Source: Rhynchopus sp. YZ270_cl-10 (taxonomy: Eukaryota). Taken from it: 64,000 nt of DNA. The position numbers and the translations under genes were made by a program. The notes beneath the pieces were generated by a model that saw nothing but the letters and a program-made list of their open reading frames with translations, had not been told where the DNA came from and made no database searches. The stretch spans positions 248,001 through 312,000 of the forward strand of contig OZ037839.1 in NCBI GenBank assembly GCA_964035575.1. Direction: 5' to 3'. Every line of letters starts with the position of its first letter. Position 1 is the first letter of the stretch. Shown here one piece after another: positions 1 through 10,679 of this stretch.

Positions 1-525
1 GGAGGCCCAATACACCACACACGTCACTTCCCTCCCCTTTTCGCGCGTGTTCCTAACCCAATTTCACCAGGGCCGGCAGAATCGCCTCTGAGGACACCTT
101 CAGCAGGCCCATTCCACAGTGGATACGGCGCTTTGCCTTTACTGCCATTCCACTGCGTCTACACAAGGATTTTAGAGCGGACTTGGCGTAAAACCGCCTA
201 TACAGTATCCCCGACACTTTTCCCGCCCTCTCAATGCGTCCCAACGGTGTTTTTAATGGTTTTTGATTGTACCCCGATTTGAAAGGTGCCCAGGTACAAA
301 CCCTGTCCCAGGCCGATTTTTTTATTTTGAAAAATTCGAATTAGACCCCCACAAGTGCTCAGAAGTGTCCAAAACCAGGCGGAATTGAATTGTAGGTCAC
401 CTGGGGACCATATTTTCTGGTTTTTCGAGGTGATGTCCATTTTTTGCTCAAAAAAAATTTTTTTTGGTCGGGGTCCCCACTTTTTACATGGGATGTGACC
501 CCCCCTACCCCCCCCCCCCCCCCCC

Positions 526-1518
526 CAGTGTTCCTAATTTTGCGTTTAAAACGTTTAAAACGTTTTAAACGTTTTAAATTATTTAAAACGCGTTTTAAAC
601 GTTTTAAACGTTTTAAACGTTTAAAACTCGAATAAAAAACGGGTGACAGTTCTGCACAAAAAAACGTAAAAAAAGTGGGGGGAATTTTTCGAATTTTTTT
701 TTTCTGTATCAAAAATCATAGTTTTGGTGCATCTGGGGTCAATTTAGCCTGGTTTTTCTTGGTTTCTCCTGCTAACTTGTTTCCTGTACGGTACCCTAAT
801 GAGTGCGCTAAAACCTGGCTGATCAAGCGCTTGGTGCCAGCATTTGATGTGTCAAAAATTCCCAGCGGGTTCCAGATGGGTAACAGGGTACTTAAGGCTG
901 AGTATGACAGGGTCATGGTTCCTGTGAGAGCAGCCCTAGCAAAGAGCCTGCACATCTCGGTATACGTTGATGGCTGGAAGGCGCACAACGACGAGAAGGT
1001 GTTCACCCTTGTCGCGAGGGTGCGGATGCCCGCCCTGTAAGCACAAAAGTTTTGGAGGAGGACTTGCACAATGCGGAGGAGATCTGCACGCACCTGCATG
1101 AGAAAAAGATAAGTTGAGTGGGCTAGTGTGTGATGGGGACACCATGGGACACCACTGTGTCTTCTCTGTCCACAACAGCAGCGGCGGACGACCTGGAGAA
1201 GTTCATGCGGGTGGAGGACTCCCCTGGTAGAGCTGCTGCGATATCGACTAAGCTACCTGCAGGCGACAGCTGGCTTGCCGGAGCGATAGAGACTGTGGAG
1301 GAGACGGGAGCCTATCGCCACAGCGTACGCGCACCCTTACTGGACCACGACCCCGTGTCACCGTGGGAGTGGGATCGTACGCTGAATGACGTGCTGATCA
1401 CCAAAGCCAAAATTCACCACCGTTTTTTATTCGAGTTTAAAACGTTTAAAACAGTTTAAAACGTTTAGAATTTAAAACGTTTAAAACGTTTAGTTTAAAA
1501 CTAGCGTTAGGAACACTG
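526..1518 (+). mobile_element. Internally deleted hAT DNA transposon
   Basis: Perfect 12-bp TIRs CAGTGTTCCTAA (526-537) and TTAGGAACACTG (1507-1518). Subterminal TTTAAAACG repeats at both ends. Sits in a poly-C run, so a C8 TSD is compatible but cannot be proven. Carries a transposase remnant. Confidence 0.85.
780..1040 (+). pseudogene. hAT transposase fragment
   Basis: IPSGFQMGNRVLKAEYDRVMVPVRAALAKSLHISVYVDGW resembles the hAT PS..L...Y..V...L....S...DGW segment containing the first catalytic Asp. Followed by a stop and deletion. Confidence 0.7.
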
Positions 1519-2149
1519 CCCCCCCCCCCCCCCCTAGGGCCAGCGACTCCACTGCTTTATAGCCGGGGGCCATTCGTACTAAAACCTCTCACGGTATTTC
1601 TGGCCATTTCCAAGCCACCTCTGGTCGGAAAACCCCCCAGAACTGGGTCAGAAACACCCTGTGACCCGAAAATTCATGCTAAGGGCGACTCAGAATATGC
1701 TAAAATGCAAAAAAATAGTGAAAAAGTGGCTTTTTGACGATTTTGGCCATGTTGGGCAAAATGGCCATTTTTGGTGAAAAAAGTCAAAAAAACAGCAAAA
1801 TTTCGACATCATGATAGCTGCTTGGGCACCAAACTGCCCCAGGGAGGTCCTGTGCGTCCATTCCGACCTGTTTTGGACACTTTAGGCACTTTTTTTGGCC
1901 GTTTTTTGGTGTTTTTATGGTAAAAAACGTCCTATGATAGTCCTATACTAGGTGCACGAAACCGTTTGTCCCACAGTCTGGACCAATATGGGGGCCCACA
2001 AATGGCCAAAAACCCCCGAAAAAGCACTCCGGGAACCCAGATAGTGCCAAATATCCACCAGAAACCCACCCAAACACCGCAAAAACACGCCAGAAAATCG
2101 TCTTAAAAAACACACTTTTTTCAAAAAGGTTGTCAGACAGGCTCCATAT

Positions 2150-3614
2150 GGCAGCGTCCGCGAAAGACCCCCCCCTAAAGCTAACATCCATGCTTATTGG
2201 TATTTCACTAATTAAAATTTTGGTATTTTATAAGATTTTTTTTTTTAATGAACTCAGAGTTAAGTTTCTGAGTTCATTAAAAAAAAAACGGTGAAAAATT
2301 CCGAGTAGGTATTAATTTAGATAGGAAAAGCTATGTCAACAGCTATGTGTCCCCTTATTTTACCTGTAAATACTAAGGATATACAAGGAAATCCTCACAA
2401 ACACCCATATAACCACCCACAGAACAACACAACAGGGGGAAATGGAATCAGCAGCCAAAGCATTCGCTCAGGAGCTGAAAACCCGGCCTTTCCGAGGCCT
2501 AAAAAACTTCGCCGAGCTGCAGGTGTATGCAGGGGTTCACTGGCAGGGGGGCAAAGGGTGGGGCGCGAGGAGCTGGATGCGCGAGGTGTGTAGCTCGAAG
2601 CATATGTCCCTCCATATGCAGAAGACACCACCAGGAGAAAAGGGGTGTCCGCCGTTTACTACTCCTGTAGTTGCATCAGCGACACCCTCAGGAGGACAGT
2701 GACAGCGAGACGGAGGAGGAAGAGGAGGAACAGGCGGACAATTGTCTGTAACTCTTGGAGAGACTCATCACGGAGGTCAATAGGGTCACTCAAAAAAGGG
2801 GGTTTTCTGCGAGAAAGTCGACGTCGCCGCAGACGACCCGGAGCGTGAAGCTCTTTCGCGCTCTATTTAGAGTGTTCGGAGGGGGCGACAAGCCTCCACC
2901 CCCCTTTCCTACCCCCTTTTTGATAATGGGTTTAGAGACAGATATTACTGAATTCCTTCCTATATCCTTAGTATTTACAGGTAAAATAAGGGGACACATA
3001 GCTGTTGACATAGCTTTTCCTATCTAAATTAATACATACTCGGAATTTTTCACCGATTTTTTTTTTAATGAACTCAGAAACTTAACTCTGAGTTCATTTT
3101 TTATTCATTTCTAAAGATAATTCCCCTGTATTTTACTAAGGGAAAATCCCTAGTAAAATACAGGCAAAAATCCAGGTAAAAATCACTTTGTCTCGATTTT
3201 TAAGTAAAAATACAGGGTGCAACGAAACCAGAAAAAAACTTCGCCATTGGACGTTTCTGGGTTCCGAGCTTTTAACGCAAAAAAAACCTATTTTTTTTTC
3301 GCGATTTTTTTTAACTAAGCACTGCCTGTGCTTAGAAAACCCGAATTTTTTACCCTTCAAAATTGCATTTGAGGAACTCACAACGCGTCAAAACGAAAAG
3401 GTCGTTTTTGGCACTTTTAAAACCGGGCTCCGCTGAGTTCACCATATTTTTGCTCGATTTATTTAGTGGAGTAACTAATTAGTAATCGTATTCTCGGACA
3501 AAAATTCGGGACGAGGTGTAAAAAAAAATCTTATAAAATACCAAAATTTTAATTAGTGAAATATCAATAAGCATGGATGTTAGCTTTAGGGGGGGGTCTT
3601 TCGCGGACGCTCCC
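2150..3614. mobile_element. Non-autonomous TIR element with ~235-bp TIRs and ATAT TSD
   Basis: Left TIR 2150-2383 (GGCAGCGTCCGCGAAAGACCCCCCC...) matches the reverse complement of 2961-3098 plus 3520-3614. ATAT lies at 2146-2149 and 3615-3618. The right TIR is split by a 405-bp insertion. Confidence 0.85.
3115..3519. mobile_element. Solo copy of the 406-bp repeat unit inserted in a TIR
   Basis: Near-identical to the unit of the 20556-21992 array, with the same boundaries (AGATAATTCCCC...GGGACGAGGTGT). Confidence 0.85.
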
Positions 3615-4642
3615 ATATTTAAAAATATTTTTTAAAGCCCTTCAACTTCAACATGGATGCTGCCGAAACTGAAGCACAATTTTAGGGCTTTAAAAAATAT
3701 TTTTTTTGGGGTGCTTCTACTCACTCTGAGTGGGTGTGTGATGGATATTCGGGACTATGTGGGGTCCGGGAGGGGTATTTTGGGGGTTTCAGGCAAAAAA
3801 ACGAAAAAAATATGACCGTAACAGGGGGTGTGCAAAGTGTCTTGGGGATGTCTTGGGGACGTCTTGGGCATTTTTTTGACCTAAAAACACCAAAAAAACA
3901 CTTCCAAAAGTGTCAAATATGTCCAAAACAGGTTGGAATGGACTCACAGGCCACTTTTGGGGTATATTTGTGCCAAAGGAGGCTTTGTGATGTCAAAAAA
4001 TATCCCGGTTTTTGATTTTTTTCTCGAAATTTTATTTTTCCTTCCTTCAAAACTTCACACACAACGCTTTTTTGGTTTTTGGGAGACACACAAGGTGCCA
4101 GGTTCTATGGTAAGCACGGAACCACCCTGCACCTGTTTGTCATGTTGTTTCCCGTGCAATACATGGAGAAACGTTTCGCACTCGAAACAAGGGAAAGCTT
4201 TTTTAATAAAAAATGAACGAAGCACAAAAACAAGCGTGTGTGGAAGAAAAAAGAAAAGGGAAAATATTTTTTCTGATTCACAGTGGTGTTTATGTTTTGG
4301 GTACGGGGCGGAGAATAAAATCTGTTCGATAAAAGAAACGCAAGCTTTTTGTTTTATCTTGTTCAAATCGCTATTTTGCCCAAAGTGGCCAAAACGTGAA
4401 AAAAGCCGTTTTTTCACTATTTTTTTCCATTTTTTTGTATTCTGGGGTGGCTTCTGGGTCGTTTTTCGACCCACAGGCCCCCTGTGACCCACTCTGAGGG
4501 TGTTTTTCACCCGCAGTTGCCTTGGAGATGACCAGATAATGCCAAATGAATTTTCCGTGCGCAAAAAATGGCTGGAGTCGTACCCCCTAGGGGGGGGGGT
4601 AGGTACATAAAAAAATCAGCTGAAAAGTAAAAGAAAAGTAAG

Positions 4643-5181
4643 ATATTTGGTGTGGCTGAACGGGGGGGAGCATAAAGTGCGGAAAAGTGCTGAAAAAGTG
4701 CGGAAAAAGTGCGAATAGGTGCGGAAAAAGTGCGGAAAAAGTGCGGAAAAAGTGCGAATCAGCCCCCAAAAAATTTTCCCCCACCTTGTAAAAGTTGAAC
4801 ACTGTGTACTGTAGGTACTGTAGGTACTGTAGGTACTGTAGGTACGGTTTTCGCACTTTTTCCGCACTTTTTCCGCACTTATTCGCACTTTTACCATGTT
4901 GGCTTGCTGACTGTGTCTGTGTACCTGTGTGGGTACACAGGTACACAGTACCTACAGTACACAGTATTCTGTGGGTACCTACCGTACCTGTACCTGTGTA
5001 CCTGTGTGCCTGTGTATTTGGCAAAGACAGTCAGCAAGCCTACATGCTAAAAGTGCGAACAAGTGCGGAAAAAGTGCTGAAAAAGTGCGGAAAAAGTGCG
5101 GAAAAAGTGCGAATAGGTGCGGAAAAAGTGCGAGAAAGTGCGGAAAAGTGCGAATCAGACCCCTTCAGCCACACCAATATT
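4643..5181. mobile_element. MITE-like element with internal GTGCGGAAAAA and GTAC-rich repeats
   Basis: Inverted ends ATATTTGGTGTGGCTGAA and TTCAGCCACACCAATAT. 11-bp GTGCGGAAAAA repeats in both orientations (4677-4757, 4851-4891, 5053-5153). Scrambled GTAC repeats at 4801-4845 and 4915-5010. Confidence 0.55.
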
Positions 5182-5746
5182 GTTTGTATAATATTATGGT
5201 GTAACAAAACTGGCGTGCACACTATATGTCACGAAGATAGTCTCCCGCACGTCTGAAGAGTACAAGGCCTTTGCTTACCCACCGCCCCGTTTGTAGCCCT
5301 GGAAAGAAAGGAGCTATTGAGCTCAATGATAAGTATAACGAAACAAGATCCCTGCAGAATTACATGATGAGTTGGCACTCCCGGTTCAAGGACTACATCA
5401 GTAGGGATAGACTCCACCAGAAGGACTCATGGTGTCCTGAAGTTACCTCTATCCTTGTTTGTCCTACACTGCCAGCAAGGCTTTGGGCATTGCATGTGCT
5501 CAAACATTATTGTGCAGGCAAAAATTTACAAAACTAAGGTATAACTATGGATTCCCTGCTCAAATTCCCTCTAGTTCCCGCCCAAAAGGTTGCGTCTAAT
5601 TGTTCAGAGGGAGGAAAATCGAAAGAAAATATTTCTTGTCCCCCACCCGATTGGCTGCTGTAATCAATGAACGAGACAAAAAACTAACGCGCACAACGTG
5701 TTCAGCCCCAAGAGGAAATGAAGCACCTATCACGCAGCATGCATGC

Positions 5747-8700
5747 TCACAGCTTCCACACCACAAGGGTGCCGTCACGGCTCACAGTTGCCAGGCGTGT
5801 GCCATCGGGGGAGAAGTCCAGGCGCGACAGCATAGACTGCGAGCCCATCAGCTCGTGCAGCACAGACCCGTCGTGCGACCACACCATCACGTCCCCATCG
5901 CCCACAGCAGCAATCATCTTCCCGTCGCGTGAGAACTTGCTGTCGTGCACAGCACCCGACAGCATGCTCAGAGACACACCGTCCACAGTACTGCCGTCAC
6001 CAATCGAGCTCCCGGGCAGCTGCGACACAAGGATCGTCCCGTCGCTCATCCCACGCAGGAGCGCGTTCCCACCAAAGGACGAGAAGGACAGTGCCGTCAC
6101 ACGTGCGGCAACAGAGGGCAGCTCAACAGCAGGCATCCCGTCCAGCCCCCACACAGTCGTCACCTCGTCCACCTCAGAACCGCGCACTGTCGCAAGGTGT
6201 GCACCGTCCACAGAGAACCCCACGTTGCGTGCATGGTGGTTGATCACAGACGCCGCCTTCGTCCTGTCCGACGCAAGCATGTCGAACACACGTGTGCGTG
6301 CATCCTGTCCACCTCCGCTCACCACGTAGCGCCCGTCCCTCGTGAACTCCACACGGTGCACAGGTGTGCTCCCCGATGCAGACATGTCCACCAGGGTTGC
6401 CTCCAGCACACCTGTCGCAGCGTCGCACACAACCACACGCCCGCCCTCCCCAGCAAGCGCCACCAGGTTGTTGTCTGGCGAGAACGCAATGTCGTGCACC
6501 CTGAAGCCGTCTGCACAGCCCATCTGTCCCACCCGCACACCCGTGCGTGCGTCAAACACACGCACAAAACGGTCTGCTGACCCTGTCGCCACACGACGTC
6601 CGTCCCACGAGAACGCCACCGACAGCAGGCGTGCAGGGTGTCTCACCTCAAATGCACACGCACGCGACGTCCCCCGCCCGCAACGCTGTGGCACTGTGTC
6701 CACCCCACACTGCGGCTGTGGAGGAGGTGTCGGTGCTCTGCATTCGTACTGGAAGGCAAGGTACGACCTCCCGTAGTAGTAAGTGCTTCTGAACTGCACA
6801 AACGCAGAACCACTCACCACAAGCTCCACACCCTCGAGGCCGGTGGTGTACGAGGACCAGTCATACTCCAAGTTGAAGTTTGTGTCGTTCCCAGCCCCGG
6901 TCCCTGAGCTGTAGATAGACACGTAGGAATAGTAGTACAACTGAATGTCAGAGAACTTCAGCACAACGTCGTAATCACACTCAATGTGCCAGCACTCCGT
7001 GTGGTAGCTGTTGTAGTTTTCAAAGTTAACGTACCCAGTACCTGTGAGGTTACTGTCTCCCTCACAGACGTGATCCATATAATTCGGCACATCTGTGGGT
7101 GGTGCTGCAGTGGCATCCATACACACGTAATTGAACTCGATAAGAAATCTGTTGCCTGAATGGCCTTTGGTTCTGAACTGTACAAATACAGAACCGCTCA
7201 GCAAAATATCATCAACTGGGCCGTCATACAACCCCAGCGTGCGCTGCAAGTCGAAGCCTGTTCCAGACCCCTGTCTGGACGTGTACAGGTTGACCTCGGG
7301 CTCCAGGTATGAATCGAAGTCACGCTGCATGGTGGAGAACGAGATGACAACATCCTTGTCACACTCAATGTGCCAGCACTCCGTGTGGTCAGAGTAATAG
7401 ATCTCAAAGCTCACGTTCCCAGTCACATTGTCCCCCAGGTCGTTGTGCTCGTCACACACGTAGTTCACACCAGGTGCACGTGTGGCCGGCACATCTGTGG
7501 GTGGTGCTTGAGTGGGCACCAAATCCACACATACGTAGTCGAACTCAAGTCTTGACCACCCGTAAAGGTAATTGCTTCTGAACTGCACAAATACAGAACC
7601 GTTCAGCACAACATCCATGGGAACGTCCAGATAGTCGTAAAAGTTTATGGTCTTGTCCAAGGTGAACTGTTTTCCATTTCCAGTATCGTTACCTGATGCG
7701 TACAGGTCCAGGTAGGTATTGCGGTACAGCTGAAGGGTGGAGAACGAGATGACAACATCCTTGTCACACTCAATGTGCCAGCACTCCGTGTGGTACCAGA
7801 CGTAGTTCTGAAATCTCGCGTGACCAGTCACATTGTCACCCAGGTCGTTGTGCTCCTCACAGATGTAGTGCACACCAGGTGCACGTGTGTCCGGCACATC
7901 TGTTGGTGGTGCTTGAGTGGGTACCACATCTTTACACACGTAGTCGAACTCAAATCTCGACTGATAGTAGTCCCAAGAGTGTCTGAAATGCACAAATGCA
8001 GAACCGTTCAGCACAACATGTATGGGAGTTGGGTAATTGGAGACCGCGTACCTCTTCTCCAAGGTGAAGTCTGTTCCACTTCCAGTATCCTTCCCTGCGT
8101 ACAGGTCCAGGTAGGAAGTGTAGTACAGCTGCAGGTTGGAGAACGAGATGACAACATCCTTGTCACACTCAATGTGCCAGCACTCCGAGTGGGAAGTGGC
8201 GCCGTAGTTCTGAAATCTCACGTTCCCACTGACACTGGCCCCCAGGTCGTTGTGCTCCTCACAGGGGTAGTGCACACCAGGTGCCTGTGTGTCCGGCACA
8301 TCTGTGGGTGGTGTTTGAGTGGGCACCGCATCCACACACACGTAGTCGAACTCAAGTCTTGATTCCCCGTAGGAGCGAGTGCTTCTGAACTGCACAAATG
8401 CGGAACCCTTCAGCACAACATCCATGGCACTGTCCCATGAGGCGAATCTCTTTTCAAAGGTGAAGTGTTTGTCGTTTCCAGAATCCTTCCCTGTGTACAG
8501 GTACAGGTAGTTATAACTGTACAGCTGCATGGTGGAGAACGAGATGACAACATACTTGTCACACTCAATGTGCCAGCACTCCGTGTGGTATGTGTCGTAG
8601 TTCTGAAAGATCACGTTCCCAGTCGCATTGTCCCCCAGGTCGTTGTGCTCCTCACAGACGTAGCTCACACCAGGTGCACGTGTGTCCGGCACATCTGTGG

Positions 8701-9934
8701 GTGGTGCTTGAGTGGTCGCATCCACACACACGTAGTCGAACTCAACTCTCAGCTGTGCGTAGTAGTAATTGCTTCTTACCTGCACAAATGCAGAACCGTT
8801 CAGCACAACATCCGTAGGACTGTCGTAATAGTTGTACCTCTTCTCCAAGGAGAAGTCTGTTCCATTTCCAGAATCGTTCCCTGATGTGTACACGTCCACG
8901 TAGGAAGTGTAGTACAGATTCATGGTGGAGAACGAGATGACAACATACTTGTCACACTCAATGTGCCAGCACCTAGTGCGTGTAGAGGATTCGCCGGGTC
9001 TGAGGGAAATCTGAAAGCTCGCGTTCCCAGTCGCATTGTTCAGGTCGGTGTGCTCCTCACAGACGTAGTTCACACCAGGTACACGTGTGTCCGGCGCAGC
9101 AGAAGCGTATGGCGCAGCAGAAGCGTAAGGGACACAGGCAAACGACGACGACCATTCACCCTCGCCTGTCTCGTTCGTGCTGTTTCTTTGACACTGCAGA
9201 AAGCCCTGTGTTGCGTACCCAGGCTCGCACTCCACAGAGCAGACTTGTCCGACGTAAGAATTATTGCAGTCGTAACCCGGCAGCACGTGGTCAAGCAGGT
9301 GTGCAGGAGGCGACGAGCAATGTGAGTTTTGACCTGCGAAGGGCAGGTTCCAGTGCACTGAGCTCGACATCGCACAAGGCATGTGTGATTCGTGTGAGTT
9401 CCACGTCGCAGCGAGTGGTGCCGTGCTGCTACTGGGACTGCCGTCAATCCACACCTCGTGCACATCAACGTTGTCTACCTTCACAATTGCAGCATGCCAC
9501 GAGGTAAGAAGGCGGTCGGGGTAGCACACCTCAAGAGAATCGTGGCCAAGCCTAATCTCACCGAGACGGGCAGTTGTGCCTGATTGGTAGCACACCACGC
9601 TGCTGCTCTTAGGGAAGGCCTGGCGATATGCACCGTCCAGATTCAGGGAGATGTGACTGCAGGAGCTTTGGAAGACGTCCGCAATGTCGTCCACAGTTCT
9701 GTTGTTGCTCGTCGCACTGCAGAGCTGAAAGTCGGTTGTGCTGAGGTGCGTACCGCTCTCTGGGTCCACGACGTTGAGCACAGACGTCGTGTCCGTCTCA
9801 TATAAGGTGTGCAAATACGTTCCAAACCAGAGGGTGACGTAGCCAGGCTGCTCCTCTGAGAATGAAGAGCACACCGTCATGATGTGTGCCTCCGTGCTTA
9901 CACACAGCAGCGCTGCCAAGCATGCGCGCAGCAT
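5747..9934 (-). CDS. Secreted protein: signal peptide, N-terminal domain, sushi/CCP-like domain, 6 CUB-like repeats and WD40 propeller (~1395 aa)
   Basis: Long ORF. The ATG at 9934 gives MLRACLAALLCVSTEA (signal-peptide-like), 26 nt after a CA-rich AG acceptor. Sushi-like CSVECEPGY...C...W...C. Six C..G...NY..HTECWHIEC...VVISFS...F.S......F.Y.C repeats with TQAPPTDVP linkers (about 9070-6740). WD repeats such as VAFSWDGRRVATGSADRFVRVFD and LDFSPDGTRLATVSRDGTLVVW. Confidence 0.9.
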   Translation of the reverse strand: MLRACLAALLCVSTEAHIMTVCSSFSEEQPGYVTLWFGTYLHTLYETDTTSVLNVVDPESGTHLSTTDFQLCSATSNNRTVDDIADVFQSSCSHISLNLDGAYRQAFPKSSSVVCYQSGTTARLGEIRLGHDSLEVCYPDRLLTSWHAAIVKVDNVDVHEVWIDGSPSSSTAPLAATWNSHESHMPCAMSSSVHWNLPFAGQNSHCSSPPAHLLDHVLPGYDCNNSYVGQVCSVECEPGYATQGFLQCQRNSTNETGEGEWSSSFACVPYASAAPYASAAPDTRVPGVNYVCEEHTDLNNATGNASFQISLRPGESSTRTRCWHIECDKYVVISFSTMNLYYTSYVDVYTSGNDSGNGTDFSLEKRYNYYDSPTDVVLNGSAFVQVRSNYYYAQLRVEFDYVCVDATTQAPPTDVPDTRAPGVSYVCEEHNDLGDNATGNVIFQNYDTYHTECWHIECDKYVVISFSTMQLYSYNYLYLYTGKDSGNDKHFTFEKRFASWDSAMDVVLKGSAFVQFRSTRSYGESRLEFDYVCVDAVPTQTPPTDVPDTQAPGVHYPCEEHNDLGASVSGNVRFQNYGATSHSECWHIECDKDVVISFSNLQLYYTSYLDLYAGKDTGSGTDFTLEKRYAVSNYPTPIHVVLNGSAFVHFRHSWDYYQSRFEFDYVCKDVVPTQAPPTDVPDTRAPGVHYICEEHNDLGDNVTGHARFQNYVWYHTECWHIECDKDVVISFSTLQLYRNTYLDLYASGNDTGNGKQFTLDKTINFYDYLDVPMDVVLNGSVFVQFRSNYLYGWSRLEFDYVCVDLVPTQAPPTDVPATRAPGVNYVCDEHNDLGDNVTGNVSFEIYYSDHTECWHIECDKDVVISFSTMQRDFDSYLEPEVNLYTSRQGSGTGFDLQRTLGLYDGPVDDILLSGSVFVQFRTKGHSGNRFLIEFNYVCMDATAAPPTDVPNYMDHVCEGDSNLTGTGYVNFENYNSYHTECWHIECDYDVVLKFSDIQLYYYSYVSIYSSGTGAGNDTNFNLEYDWSSYTTGLEGVELVVSGSAFVQFRSTYYYGRSYLAFQYECRAPTPPPQPQCGVDTVPQRCGRGTSRACAFEVRHPARLLSVAFSWDGRRVATGSADRFVRVFDARTGVRVGQMGCADGFRVHDIAFSPDNNLVALAGEGGRVVVCDAATGVLEATLVDMSASGSTPVHRVEFTRDGRYVVSGGGQDARTRVFDMLASDRTKAASVINHHARNVGFSVDGAHLATVRGSEVDEVTTVWGLDGMPAVELPSVAARVTALSFSSFGGNALLRGMSDGTILVSQLPGSSIGDGSTVDGVSLSMLSGAVHDSKFSRDGKMIAAVGDGDVMVWSHDGSVLHELMGSQSMLSRLDFSPDGTRLATVSRDGTLVVWKL

Positions 9935-9960
9935 TGTCCTTTGTTGTGTCCACAGAATAT

Positions 9961-9985
9961 CTGTTGTTGTGTTGTTGTGTTGATC
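9961..9985 (-). promoter_or_regulatory. Candidate (trans-)splice acceptor upstream of the CUB/WD40 gene
   Basis: Minus strand reads CAACACAACAACACAACAACAG ending at 9961, similar to the (CA)n-CAG cis acceptor at 18007. Confidence 0.4.
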
Positions 9986-10200
9986 AGGAGGAAATACTCG
10001 AACTCTTCTGCACAAATTGATGTCATTGAACGCACTCCCCGTTGCATTGGAGTCGGGGGGTACGACGTGTGGGGTCTCTCTCTAGGGCATGGAGAAGGCG
10101 TGTGACAACGCAAAAGTACATGTTAAAAAGGGAAAGCTTTATTTTTTTTTAAGCGTCGGAATTTCCCAGCGGACATTGGTAGTTTGAGATTTTGAAAAAA

Positions 10201-10679
10201 CAAGTAATTGCTATCGGAAAAAAAACGGGGTGTGCTGTGGAACTCCACTCTGAAAAGATATAATCTACAACACGCCCAGCATTCTGCTCTTCTGCAGGTA
10301 TGCTAAAACGCTCTTCGTACGCTGCTGGACCCACCGGGATGCCTGCATCTGAAACTTTCAAACAGTGGGGCTGTCCTCTTCGTCCAGCACCGTCTGCTCG
10401 ATCGCGTTATTGGACGTAGTCTCGGCAGGCTCGATAACCATTCGCTCGGGCGGGCTCGGCATGTTCCAGCTCGTAGTCGTCCACAGGCTCCCACGCATCG
10501 TCTTCGTCATCGGAGCAGTGCCGAAGGAAGACAGAATGCACAGACGACAACACGTCGTCGATCGCACCAGGCATCGTCACATCAGCACCTCCAGAAAATC
10601 GCCAGGATGCTATGGTGGTTTCAAAAATCGCGCGGAGTTTTCCACAGCACACCCTGTTTTTTTTCTTAGCAATTAGTTG
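10201..10679. mobile_element. MITE-like element with ~46-bp imperfect TIRs enclosing a degenerate coding-like fragment
   Basis: CAAGTAATTGCTA..GAAAAAAAAACGGGGTGTGCTGTGGAACTCC (10201-10246) is inverted at 10634-10679. The interior is GC-rich with broken acidic minus-strand ORFs. No TSD identified. Confidence 0.55.

Larger units (their letters stand above)
500..4603. mobile_element. Large diverged foldback element, or two inverted copies of one repeat family, hosting nested insertions
   Basis: Reverse-complement similarity of 1519-1552 with 4573-4603, 1702-1770 with 4370-4435, 1857-1895 with 3905-3943 and 2020-2075 with 3728-3780. The exact ends are uncertain. Confidence 0.6.

Noticed and set aside
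5200..5540. Possible coding remnant downstream of the CUB gene
   Set aside because: Only short ORFs with no recognisable motif.
6740..9070. Diversity-generating retroelement behind the loop variation
   Set aside because: Differences include indels and non-adenine positions. No reverse transcriptase or non-coding template repeat is seen in the window.
9935..10015. N-terminal extension of the tracked 1422-aa ORF
   Set aside because: Non-ATG start that crosses the candidate splice acceptor. The ATG at 9934 gives a clean signal peptide.
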